A DNA stretch of 64,000 nt from a virus. Below the pieces are notes generated by a model that saw only the letters and a program-made list of their open reading frames with translations, had not been told where the DNA came from and did not search any database. How positions within the stretch are numbered: position 1 is the stretch's first letter; every line of letters begins with the position of its first letter. Shown here one piece after another: positions 15,267 through 23,849 of the stretch. Both the position numbers and the translations under genes were made by a program. Location: the IMG/VR virus record IMGVR_UViG_3300045988_095842. One strand, written 5' to 3'.

Positions 15267-16472
15267 TCAGTAAACAATGTCAACAATGTCATCAATCTTG
15301 AACACCATCGGTGTTCCTGTTCTCTTCAGCTTTTTATCAAAGGTCTTAATGCAGACCAGATCACCATCACTGTCCGCAAGGCCCATTTCTGTGATGTACA
15401 GGCCATTTGCAGTATCTTCCGGAATTTCTCCAAGATACTGATAGGTTTGCTCATCCAGCTTTGTTGCTGAAATTACTTCCGTGCGTGCTACTTCTTTTTT
15501 CAAAGCTGTCTCTTTCCCAGTCGGAATGTACTTCTTCCCATCATCTCCAAGCCCTGTGCCAAACACAAAGTACTTGATCTGCCAGGAATCGCTGCCAATC
15601 GCACGCATCTTCAGCATCTTCAGTTTTGCCTGATTCAGTAATACTGCATCCACTTCGTCCGGTGCCTCCGTTCCTTCTATCGGTCCCCACTGTATCGTGC
15701 CGTCAAATTTATACTTGCCGTCCCAAATGTTGTAGTGCTTATCCAGCGCGTCAAACCGATACCTTCCGTTGTACTGGATCCGCCCATTATGAAGGATATA
15801 AACATCCTTCTCCTGCGCCGCATACCGGATCGTTCCGTCATACTTGAAAAGGCCAGTGTACCGGTTATAGATGTCATAAGAAATTTGCAGATTCCGGAAG
15901 TGCTCCCAGGGCTTTAACTCAATCCGGTCTCTGTAATTTGTCTCAAAAAACATCTTTACGCCACCAGGACGGATTACCATTGGTTTGATCACGGTCGGAT
16001 CAGGTATATCCGAAGGGATATCCTTGATATCAATCCGGAGAGATGCAGGACCGGCCTTCCCCCATGGCTCGCCGTTGTATATGGCTGTGATAGGATTTTC
16101 CTCGTAAGTGATGATTGACTCATCACCCCACAGAAGATGAAGACCCTTCATGATGTCCTCATACGTCCCGTATGCATTATTTTTCAGGATTTGAAAATAA
16201 AGGACATTCCGATAGGCCTCATCATCCAGCGCATCAATGTCCGTAATCTCAAGAAGCTTATAAGCCTCCAGACGAGTGATCCCTACGATATCGCCGATCA
16301 TGTCCAGATTCTTTCCGGCTGCATACCGGATATCTGTTTTCTCCTTCAGATCAGCAAACACCGTTTCAAGGCCGGTAATCTGTTTTCCAACCGCATCTAT
16401 GATCGCTGAAAGATTCGCCTTTCCCTGAAACTGGCACGGGAGCTCTTTTTTCCACTCTTCTACCAGCTTCAT
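15267..16472 (-). CDS. Baseplate protein (Mu gp48 / P2 gpI-like position) with C-terminal Y-G repeat region
   Basis: Follows J-like gene with 4-nt overlap; AAGKNLDMIGDIVGITR; repeats YDGTIRY / YNGRYRF / WDGKYKF / FDGTIQW. Confidence 0.6.
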   Translation of the reverse strand: MKLVEEWKKELPCQFQGKANLSAIIDAVGKQITGLETVFADLKEKTDIRYAAGKNLDMIGDIVGITRLEAYKLLEITDIDALDDEAYRNVLYFQILKNNAYGTYEDIMKGLHLLWGDESIITYEENPITAIYNGEPWGKAGPASLRIDIKDIPSDIPDPTVIKPMVIRPGGVKMFFETNYRDRIELKPWEHFRNLQISYDIYNRYTGLFKYDGTIRYAAQEKDVYILHNGRIQYNGRYRFDALDKHYNIWDGKYKFDGTIQWGPIEGTEAPDEVDAVLLNQAKLKMLKMRAIGSDSWQIKYFVFGTGLGDDGKKYIPTGKETALKKEVARTEVISATKLDEQTYQYLGEIPEDTANGLYITEMGLADSDGDLVCIKTFDKKLKRTGTPMVFKIDDIVDIVY

Positions 16473-17917
16473 TTCAGACTCACCTCAATCCTTGCTGCGC
16501 TCAGGTCGATAACCTGTCTCTGAGAAATATCAACATTTCCCGCCGTGTAAGTGCCAGTCTTCTGCGTCTCCGTACCAGTCGCTACTTTGATATCGCAGAA
16601 TTTGATTCCAGGAAGGGCTGCATATATCGGCTGAATATAGCTTTGACTGAGGAAACTGTCTCCAATCGTCAGCTCTTTGGTGTTCAGGATGATACTTTTG
16701 ATAATCTCCTCGTACTCGGCCTCGACCGATACACCGCCTTGCGTGATCTCGACTTTCACCCAGACATACACCTTTTCCGGCCGGTTGAATCCTATGCTGA
16801 TCGTGTCTCCATACTTCCCAAGGACGCTTGTGCGGATCTCTCCGAAGGTGTAAATCCCTCCGCTCTTTTTCTGCAGGATTGCTTTGGCAATCTCATCGGT
16901 ATTCCCGCCGTCCACCACGACTTCTATGCTGTGCGGAGGTCTTCCCTCGGAGTCTTCTACGTCGGTCGCGTTCTCGTAGACCCTGACCGCCTTCGTATTC
17001 TCCACATCGCTCAGAATATAGGATTCGATTGCTTCGGCCTGCGCAGACGCGGAATTGTACTTTTTTCCGACATACGAGAGCCTGAGCTGTGCATCCGACT
17101 CCTGCGTCTGACCAAGCGTTGGCTCCACTGCATTGATAATTGACTTCAGACCGGTCACGTTCGAGACAACCTCCGTGATACTGCCTTCCGGAAGCACGAT
17201 TTCTCCATAGTCGTTTGTCAGGTATGGCACGCATCCAGTCACAAAAACGGTAGTCAAATTCGCGGACAATACAACTTCGTTTTCACGGGTCTGCAATGAG
17301 TCCGTAATGACCAGATTTTCGTTTTTGCTGTCATAGGTAACCGTATATCCACTGACATCTTTAAGTGCGTTTCCCAGCCCACGCAGGACTGTTTCCGCGG
17401 TATCTGTCGTCTTCGAGGTATATTCATACATCTTGCCGTTCAACTGTATCTGGTAAGCTCCCTCCCTGACTGTCACAGCGCGAATCTGGATTGCATGGCA
17501 CTTCAGTCTTGTGATCTGCGTTGTTGCAGCACACTGCAGGCTGACCGTGGGATTGGTATTGGATGCAATCAAAGATCCCTTCGGAATTTCCGTTCCGTCC
17601 ACTGCGGTTACATGGATGATATACTCAGATTTCCGGTTTCCTTCCCGGTAAACATTCCCGTACTGACATGCATTATCAAGGCTAATTCCGGATGCCGTTG
17701 ACGGATACTTTGCATAGTACTCATCCTGTGCAGTCTCCCAGAGCGAAGCAATCTTGTCCGCAAAGGGAACCAGAAGTGCTGCATTGATAAGGCTCTGCGG
17801 ATTCTGCGATACATCGAAACCGACCACATCAGACACGTCATTCTGGATCTCTTCCAGAATCTCGTCATACCGCTTCAGCACAAATCCCTTGTCTGTAACT
17901 CCATATGCTTCAGCCAT
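16469..17917 (-). CDS. Baseplate J-like protein
   Basis: 482 aa; ASGISLDNACQYGNVYREGNRKSEYIIHVTAVDGTEIPKGSLIAS matches the Baseplate_J pattern. Confidence 0.75.
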   Translation of the reverse strand: MAEAYGVTDKGFVLKRYDEILEEIQNDVSDVVGFDVSQNPQSLINAALLVPFADKIASLWETAQDEYYAKYPSTASGISLDNACQYGNVYREGNRKSEYIIHVTAVDGTEIPKGSLIASNTNPTVSLQCAATTQITRLKCHAIQIRAVTVREGAYQIQLNGKMYEYTSKTTDTAETVLRGLGNALKDVSGYTVTYDSKNENLVITDSLQTRENEVVLSANLTTVFVTGCVPYLTNDYGEIVLPEGSITEVVSNVTGLKSIINAVEPTLGQTQESDAQLRLSYVGKKYNSASAQAEAIESYILSDVENTKAVRVYENATDVEDSEGRPPHSIEVVVDGGNTDEIAKAILQKKSGGIYTFGEIRTSVLGKYGDTISIGFNRPEKVYVWVKVEITQGGVSVEAEYEEIIKSIILNTKELTIGDSFLSQSYIQPIYAALPGIKFCDIKVATGTETQKTGTYTAGNVDISQRQVIDLSAARIEVSLK

Positions 17918-17938
17918 CTTCCCTCCTTTCTTTCCATC

Positions 17939-17964
17939 AAAAAAGAGGCCCTTGTGAGGCCTCT
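17939..17964 (-). terminator. Rho-independent terminator directly after the DUF4041 gene, just upstream of the J gene start
   Basis: AGAGGCC-n7-GGCCTCT followed on minus strand by T6. Confidence 0.7.
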
Positions 17965-17975
17965 GGTTACCTGTT

Positions 17976-19262
17976 TCAATTTTTTTGTTGCTCTCGCATT
18001 TTCAGCGATTGCCGGTACTGCTCAGCCGGTGCAATGTACGTAAAATCTGGTGTACCATCAAAATTCTCGTGCACCACCTTCTCGATCTCTTTAAGAGATA
18101 CCCGGAAAAACTCTCGTCGCTGATTCACGAGATTCAGCTTTCTGTCCGCAAATGCATTGTGCAGCGCCGCCTCCAGCTTCGGTGCGTCCTTCGAAAAAAT
18201 CATTGCATGGATATCGAAATCGAACGGAACAGATGCATCTCCGAGCTCATCCACACGATCTTCCGGAACAAGGCGTCTCGTCATACCAATCTTATAGACA
18301 TTCTCACCGAACGCCCCAATATTGGAAATCACATATACATACCCGGCTTTCTGATTCGCCTCGCGGTAGTCCACATCCTTGAACTCCTTGTCAATCTTTT
18401 TAAGCTGATTTTCAAGTTCTTCCTTCTTTGCTGCCAAGGCTGCCTGTTCTTCCTGCGGTGCTTCTTTGATTTGCATCTTGAGTTGCTTCAGAGCGTTTTG
18501 ATAATGCTTCTGTTCTTTCTCCAGTTTCTTACGCTCTTCCTCAATTTCCCTGGCAAGCTTCTGCTCTTCACGCAGTCTCGCTCTGGCCTCTTTCTGCTCT
18601 TCCTTCTCTTCTTGCTTCTTTTCCTGGTACTCAAAAGCAAGATACAGCTCTTCAAGCTTTAGCTGATAGTAATCGGAAGTAATGCGAATCGACATGATTT
18701 CTCCAAGCTTCGAGATAGCATCTCTGGATCTCTCAATTTTCTTTTCGCTTGCTTCCAGATTACTGTACCGCACATGCTCTATAGCATCGTCACACTCTGC
18801 ATTGAAGGCACGAAGAAGCAACTTTTGCGTGTCGGCGACCATCTTCTTTCCTTTTCGCACATCACCATTGACCGACCACGAAGCGATCCCGGTAACAGCA
18901 GACCCATCTCGTATCATGTCTTTCTGCTCAGCACGTATGCCAAGGAGTTTTGCTTTATACTCTTCAGAATGCATAAACGGATAGTGCGGAGTATACAAGC
19001 CAAAACTCTGGAGAAGTACTTCGTCACGAGTTTCTACAAGCTCATCCTTGACTCCTTCCAGTTCTGCATTTTTAGCATCAATTTCGCTTTGTATTGCATT
19101 GCATGCATCCTTGAGCTTGTTGTACTGCGCAGTAGCCTTTTCAACTTCGCCATTTACTCTGGCAAGCTCTTCCTCAAGAGCAATAACCTTTTTGCCATCA
19201 TCTGGCAAAAGCTCGCGCAAACGCTCAATTTCCTTCTTTTCTTTAAATCCGAACAGTGACAT
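17976..19262 (-). CDS. DUF4041 + T5orf172/MUG113 (GIY-YIG-like) domain protein; moron
   Basis: LQSFGLYTPHYPFMHSEEYKAKLLGIRAEQKDMI..LLLRAFNAECD (DUF4041-like), coiled coil, GYVYVISN..VYKIGMTRRLVPEDRVDELG...EFFRV (T5orf172-like). Confidence 0.75.
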   Translation of the reverse strand: MSLFGFKEKKEIERLRELLPDDGKKVIALEEELARVNGEVEKATAQYNKLKDACNAIQSEIDAKNAELEGVKDELVETRDEVLLQSFGLYTPHYPFMHSEEYKAKLLGIRAEQKDMIRDGSAVTGIASWSVNGDVRKGKKMVADTQKLLLRAFNAECDDAIEHVRYSNLEASEKKIERSRDAISKLGEIMSIRITSDYYQLKLEELYLAFEYQEKKQEEKEEQKEARARLREEQKLAREIEEERKKLEKEQKHYQNALKQLKMQIKEAPQEEQAALAAKKEELENQLKKIDKEFKDVDYREANQKAGYVYVISNIGAFGENVYKIGMTRRLVPEDRVDELGDASVPFDFDIHAMIFSKDAPKLEAALHNAFADRKLNLVNQRREFFRVSLKEIEKVVHENFDGTPDFTYIAPAEQYRQSLKMREQQKN

Positions 19263-19373
19263 GATTTTATCTCCCCCATAGTGATGTCATATATCAATGT
19301 ACAATATAATATCACCACTTGGCAGATTTATCAGAGCTATTGCCGGGAATCTTATTAGTAGCAAATTATATAC

Positions 19374-19667
19374 TTATACCGGATGCGGATTCTGATAGTA
19401 AACTCTTACAATAATGTGGTATTTCTGTGAGCATGACGTGTTGAGATGAATATGATTATTCTGAGTTCTATTAATAATGCACACCATAGCATTTTCCCAT
19501 GTAGTTACTGGATAAGCTAAGACAAGTTCTATCCCAGTAGCTTGAATAAAAACATTATTGTCATAACTTAGTGCAATATCATTATCCTTATCTTTGGTCA
19601 AATATACTTGACCAAGATCTAGATCAATGTGCTTTACCCCCCCCGGTTGGCAATTATAAAATGGCAT
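19374..19667 (-). CDS. Small cassette C (MPFYNCQPGGVK..), in frame through a G8 tract
   Basis: RBS AAGGAG inside end of cassette B; N-terminus paralogous to cassettes A and B. Confidence 0.55.
   Translation of the reverse strand: MPFYNCQPGGVKHIDLDLGQVYLTKDKDNDIALSYDNNVFIQATGIELVLAYPVTTWENAMVCIINRTQNNHIHLNTSCSQKYHIIVRVYYQNPHPV
19637..19644 (-). repeat. G8 homopolymer (minus strand) in codons 8-11 of cassette C
   Basis: CCG GGG GGG GTA read directly. Confidence 0.9.
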
Positions 19668-19670
19668 AAT

Positions 19671-19979
19671 TTACTCCTTCGGAAAACAAACAAAGTTTCC
19701 CTTACTGTCATATAAAAAGTCATTGCTTGTTGATACATAAAGATACGTATTATCATGAGAAACGCTCAAGTTTGATGTCTTAACATTTCCGTTCGGCCAT
19801 CCCATTCCACAGTGTGACCCGTTGGCCATGTTAATTCCCCACGTAGCTTTCTTTGCAAATTCCTCGTATTAATCTTTATAGTTGAATTTGCCACTATGAC
19901 CATTGTTGTACATGCTAAAACTTTTAACAATTATTTCTGTTTCTTTCTTTCCTCCACCATTTGCTGAAAAGAACGGCAT
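19671..19979 (-). pseudogene. Small cassette B (MPFFSANGGGKK..) with in-frame TAA at 19869-19871
   Basis: RBS AAGGAGG, ATG 19979; 36 codons, TAA, then 65 more in-frame codons to TAA 19671-19673. Confidence 0.5.
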
Positions 19980-19989
19980 AATACCTCCT

Positions 19990-20282
19990 TTAAGAAGGAA
20001 TATATGCAACACAAAAGCTCACTGTATAGAATGGGGCTGAGTTCGTCCAAGATCCTCCGCAGGAAATAGTGACACTGTTGCCACTGAGAGAACAAGAACA
20101 ATTCATCTGTTGCCCGTTTCCAGTATTGTCTTGCTTAAAACTCGTAATGCCCGCTGCGATTGGCGTATATCCTTCAAGTGATACATCTATCTGTTTTGTA
20201 TATGGCTTATAGGTGCGACCAATATCAAAGGTCTTTGTTACATGCTTTATTTTACCCCCCCACGGCACGGATAGAAGCTCAT
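19990..20282 (-). CDS. Small cassette A; coupled ATG (20282) is out of frame with the long ORF because of a G7 tract
   Basis: TAATG coupling with XkdX-like gene; ATG AGC TTC TAT CCG TGC CGT GGG GGG GTA AAA TAA; one extra G joins it to ORF 19990..20268. Confidence 0.5.
20255..20261 (-). repeat. G7 homopolymer (minus strand) near 5' end of cassette A
   Basis: Seven C on plus strand, read directly. Confidence 0.9.
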
Positions 20283-20416
20283 TATGCCAGCTCCTCTCCG
20301 AACAGCAGAAGGTACTGCTCTCTCACAGCATTACGATACTGCTCATCTACATCCTCGATAGTCTTGCTTCCTCTGTAAATACACCTTACTAAAATCCTTG
20401 CTTTTGCTTTGGTCAT
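20282..20416 (-). CDS. XkdX-like small tail-fibre-associated protein (44 aa, hand-called)
   Basis: MTKAKARILVRCIYRGSKTIEDVDEQYRNAVREQYLLLFGEELA; RBS AAGGAGGG; size, position and ..T.EDV....Y..L.GEE pattern as XkdX. Confidence 0.5.
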   Translation of the reverse strand: MTKAKARILVRCIYRGSKTIEDVDEQYRNAVREQYLLLFGEELA

Positions 20417-20429
20417 TTCGATACCCTCC

Positions 20430-20747
20430 TTATGCGATCAGATCAGCCACAGCGTCCTCAAGGTCGCTTACTCTCTGCTCCAGAACTTCCTTCTCTGTCA
20501 GGTTTCTGACTGTAAAGCGCGCCACGATCTTACCGTCCGTACCAAGCTCTACCTGCGCTCCGGTATATACAGCTTCGGTGATGGGCTCACCATCAAATGT
20601 GCCACCGATGAGGTTGTCTGCTACTTCGAACTGGGCTTTGATCGCGTCCAGTGCCGCAAATGTGGTTGCATCAAAAACCAAAGTGTTGATGGTGGACGTG
20701 TCTCTGAAATCGAATGTCTTCCCGTTCTTGAACTTGAGTGTCTTCAT
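20430..20747 (-). CDS. hypothetical fibre-module protein
   Basis: 105-aa ORF after fibre genes (XkdW-like position). Confidence 0.55.
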   Translation of the reverse strand: MKTLKFKNGKTFDFRDTSTINTLVFDATTFAALDAIKAQFEVADNLIGGTFDGEPITEAVYTGAQVELGTDGKIVARFTVRNLTEKEVLEQRVSDLEDAVADLIA

Positions 20748-20760
20748 GTTTTTTCTCCTT

Positions 20761-21126
20761 TTAATTTCTTACTGTGATGCACGCATCAAATGCACTTTTC
20801 TGCGCATCAAATGTCACTGTGCAAGTTCCTGCTGTTGCTGTTACGTTTGTTGGCGAAATTCCGTAAACCGTCGTCCACGGAGTTATCAGGGAATTTTCCG
20901 TAATGCTCGCATCTTTGAAAGTCAGTGTCCCGCCGGCCGCGGTGAGAGACTGCGCAGGAAGAAGTTTTTCCGTTTTTGCGTCTACACTCTTTAGTGCATC
21001 CGCGCTTGGCAGCTTTCTCACGAGACTCGTTGCACTTTTGATCTGGTCTAATGCAAGCACATTTTTAAATACGCAGTCCAAGATATTGCCGATTTTTACT
21101 TTTGCCAAGGTTACCTCCTTTCTCAA
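20761..21126 (-). CDS. hypothetical fibre-module protein (beta-rich)
   Basis: 121-aa ORF; 4-nt overlap with upstream gene. Confidence 0.55.
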   Translation of the reverse strand: MRKEVTLAKVKIGNILDCVFKNVLALDQIKSATSLVRKLPSADALKSVDAKTEKLLPAQSLTAAGGTLTFKDASITENSLITPWTTVYGISPTNVTATAGTCTVTFDAQKSAFDACITVRN

Positions 21127-21311
21127 AAAGTAATGTTTATGTCTCCATCATCTGTCAACTCAAAAGAAAAAGTTCTTCCATCCGGAGTTTCTGCATATAG
21201 ATTTCCGTCATCATCTGCCGTCAGCGTAAATACTCCGTATGGGATCTCTGCCCGAATTTTATCTATTGCATGTTGCAGACCTTGTTTGTTGGTATATCTG
21301 TTTTCAGCCAT
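21123..21311 (-). CDS. hypothetical protein
   Basis: 62-aa ORF in fibre module. Confidence 0.5.
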   Translation of the reverse strand: MAENRYTNKQGLQHAIDKIRAEIPYGVFTLTADDDGNLYAETPDGRTFSFELTDDGDINITF

Positions 21312-21326
21312 AACGGAGTACCTCCG

Positions 21327-21980
21327 TTACGTAAACATTGCATCGATTTCTTCGTTGCTGATGGGAACAAGCTCAGACTTTTTTACGTATCCGGACATAT
21401 CCACATCGGTACTACCGATCTTCTCAAAAGTCTTTAGTTCTTTAAGCCAGATGTACTCATCGTGAGAGTCTCCAGCTCCATGAGCGTGAGGAATGAGATA
21501 AATCACGCCCTCTTTTCCGGTTTCCGGGAGGCTTTCCACTAGCGAGAAAGAGATCCCTGTGAATCCCGCAATAGCAGCCGCAATTGCAGCCGCCATTTCT
21601 GTTTTTGTCGGCGCGTCAGTGATTCCGTAGCCAGACAAGGTGTTTGACTTGTTAGCTTTTCCAGCGATGGCAGAAGCGACCGCCTTTCCATTTACCGGAG
21701 CCGTCCCGTCTGCTGCGTATGAGCTTGTAGTATTCGAGGCAGGGAGGGAAGTCGGCTTATTCTTTATCACGGCCCCGCCGCTCGTAGCATTCCAGTCCGC
21801 TTGTACATTGACCTGTGCACCGGCAGCAATTCCAGACAGCTTTGTTTTCTCGGCTGTTGTGTAGTCATTGGTGGAAAGTCCTTTTCCATCAGCCTTGTCC
21901 ACCTTTCCGCCAAGGAACTCCTTGATCTTTCCTACCACATAAGTTATGCCTGCCTTATCAACAAAGTTTGTATTTGCCAT
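21327..21980 (-). CDS. Tail fibre-like protein
   Basis: KGLSTNDYTTAEKTKLSGIAAGAQVN and LSGYGITDA motifs typical of phage fibre repeats. Confidence 0.65.
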   Translation of the reverse strand: MANTNFVDKAGITYVVGKIKEFLGGKVDKADGKGLSTNDYTTAEKTKLSGIAAGAQVNVQADWNATSGGAVIKNKPTSLPASNTTSSYAADGTAPVNGKAVASAIAGKANKSNTLSGYGITDAPTKTEMAAAIAAAIAGFTGISFSLVESLPETGKEGVIYLIPHAHGAGDSHDEYIWLKELKTFEKIGSTDVDMSGYVKKSELVPISNEEIDAMFT

Positions 21981-21993
21981 TCTTTATCCTTTC

Positions 21994-22296
21994 TTAAAAA
22001 AGCTGAGCCAGCCACTCTATCGGTATGGCATCATCTTTACTTACAGCGTCAACCTCATCTGGTGTGTACGTGGGCTTCTTGGCCTCTTTCGCCCAGTCGC
22101 TTACGGTCGGATCCGTTTCCTGCATGTCTCCCTGGATGATTTTTCCATTAAGAGTCGGTTTATTGGACAATGCATTATAGTCGCTTGTTCCTCCTGCATC
22201 GTCTACGTCCATCGTAAATCCAGGAGTAGGAGACACATCTCCGTATAGCTCTATATGCTGTGTGTCTCCACGAATTTCAAAATCAAATTTATCCAT
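21994..22296 (-). CDS. Fibre-associated protein
   Basis: YNALSNKPTLNG and ETDPTVSDWAKEAKKPTYTPDEV motifs recurrent in phage fibres. Confidence 0.55.
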   Translation of the reverse strand: MDKFDFEIRGDTQHIELYGDVSPTPGFTMDVDDAGGTSDYNALSNKPTLNGKIIQGDMQETDPTVSDWAKEAKKPTYTPDEVDAVSKDDAIPIEWLAQLF

Positions 22297-22615
22297 TTAA
22301 GCTTTCCTCATTAAGTATGTCTCCATTGACATAATCCCTTACAATGGATGTTCCTTTGACCTCTCCATGCTCCGTCCCATCATCAATCAGCACCTTGACT
22401 TGTACTCTCACCTCTCCCAGCGAAAGCTTCACTGTTTGTTCTGGCGTAAAAACCACCGTGCCGACACCGTTCTGATCGAACGTAATTTCCTGATCAATTT
22501 GTACTACTCGCGGATACTCCTGCTTGATCGTGATGACAGCCTTTTTGATCTTTGTCATGTCAAGACCGTCACTATGCAGCGTAACCGTCTTTTTTTCTGT
22601 CGTTCCTCTTCTCAT
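22289..22615 (-). CDS. hypothetical fibre-module protein
   Basis: 108-aa ORF, overlapping neighbours. Confidence 0.55.
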   Translation of the reverse strand: MRRGTTEKKTVTLHSDGLDMTKIKKAVITIKQEYPRVVQIDQEITFDQNGVGTVVFTPEQTVKLSLGEVRVQVKVLIDDGTEHGEVKGTSIVRDYVNGDILNEESLNG

Positions 22616-22621
22616 TACTTA

Positions 22622-23338
22622 TCAAAGCTCCGTGTACAGATCTCCGGTCACCTCGTCAAAAGTGACGGATGCAGCCTTTATAGTTCCATCTTCTGCTACC
22701 GAAATCGTGCTTCCGTCTGGCTTTACAATTCCGACCTTACTTCCCGTTGCAATGCCAACATCAGTGACATTCTCAACCTTTTTTACGGCATCTTCGGCCT
22801 TCTTATCGGTTGATGCCAGATTCTTCACAACCTCATTCACAGCCTTAACAAGATCCGTCTTTTCAGCGGTTGTCAGTTCCGTAAGCGTTCCGACGTTTTC
22901 CAAGCCTTTATCAGCCTTAGTCAGCACCCAGTTGATCGCAGTAACAAGGTTGTCTTTCGGAGTTGTCGCAAGCTGATCCAAATGGCCTTCTACATCTTTT
23001 GCACGCTGCACTTCCTCCGTAATTTTATGAGTATTATCACCAACAACTTTGGAGAGCGCATTGAACTTGCTTACAGCAGAATCAGCAGTCTCATTTGCTG
23101 TGGTTATTCTTCCATCATGTTCACTCAGCGTTTGATCTATTTCCGTATCCTTTTGGGAGATCTTTTTAATTGCTTCATGAATACTTACAATGTTTTCGTC
23201 CTGTGCTGCATCATTTTTAGCAAGGACAATAATCTTGGCAGTCGCATCTACAAGAGATTGCGCCGTCTCTTTGTCCATGATCAGAAATTCAGTTTTTACA
23301 CCATTTACTTCGATCTGGATGGTGTCAATTTTTGCCAT
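22622..23338 (-). CDS. Coiled-coil fibre protein
   Basis: Helical repeats; LTELTTAEKTDLVKAVNEV motif common near N-termini of Firmicutes phage fibres. Confidence 0.6.
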   Translation of the reverse strand: MAKIDTIQIEVNGVKTEFLIMDKETAQSLVDATAKIIVLAKNDAAQDENIVSIHEAIKKISQKDTEIDQTLSEHDGRITTANETADSAVSKFNALSKVVGDNTHKITEEVQRAKDVEGHLDQLATTPKDNLVTAINWVLTKADKGLENVGTLTELTTAEKTDLVKAVNEVVKNLASTDKKAEDAVKKVENVTDVGIATGSKVGIVKPDGSTISVAEDGTIKAASVTFDEVTGDLYTEL

Positions 23339-23849
23339 TCATGCCTCCTATTACCAATGTCGTTCCATTTACAGAAACCGGAGCTTTTTCCGTAAATATG
23401 AGCGAAGATCCCTGAACATAACAAAGAGTGTCATCCATTTTCAGAATGAGATTTCTTCCTCTGACGGTAGCGATAATGCCTGTTCCATCCGCATCCGCTC
23501 CGAGAGGCACAAACTCCATCATGTCGATCTTCCCCTGATTGGTGATCGCTTTAAAAGAGATCCGCGCCACTCTCTGCCTGCTATGGATGGATAGCGTCAT
23601 GTCCTGCACCGAGACCACACCATCGACCGACAGAATAGCGTCTTCCAGCATTCTTCTTACGATCAGCTTGCTCGGATTCTTAATCAGGACTTTCTCGAAC
23701 CACTTGACCCCGTAGGACCAGTTGTAAACCCATTCAGCAAAAAACCACCGGAGCTTGATCAGGATTGCCTGCTCAATGCTGTCGGTGGTATGCACATCAA
23801 AGCCGAAGATCGCAAGATCCCCGTTTTTTGTCATCTGTAAGTCATTCAA
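23325..23849 (-). CDS. Baseplate wedge protein (gp25 / P2 gpW-like) with C-terminal extension
   Basis: Position after V-like gene; SIEQAILIKLRWFFAEW..YG pattern as in gpW/gp25. Confidence 0.6.
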   Translation of the reverse strand: MNDLQMTKNGDLAIFGFDVHTTDSIEQAILIKLRWFFAEWVYNWSYGVKWFEKVLIKNPSKLIVRRMLEDAILSVDGVVSVQDMTLSIHSRQRVARISFKAITNQGKIDMMEFVPLGADADGTGIIATVRGRNLILKMDDTLCYVQGSSLIFTEKAPVSVNGTTLVIGGMNGKN

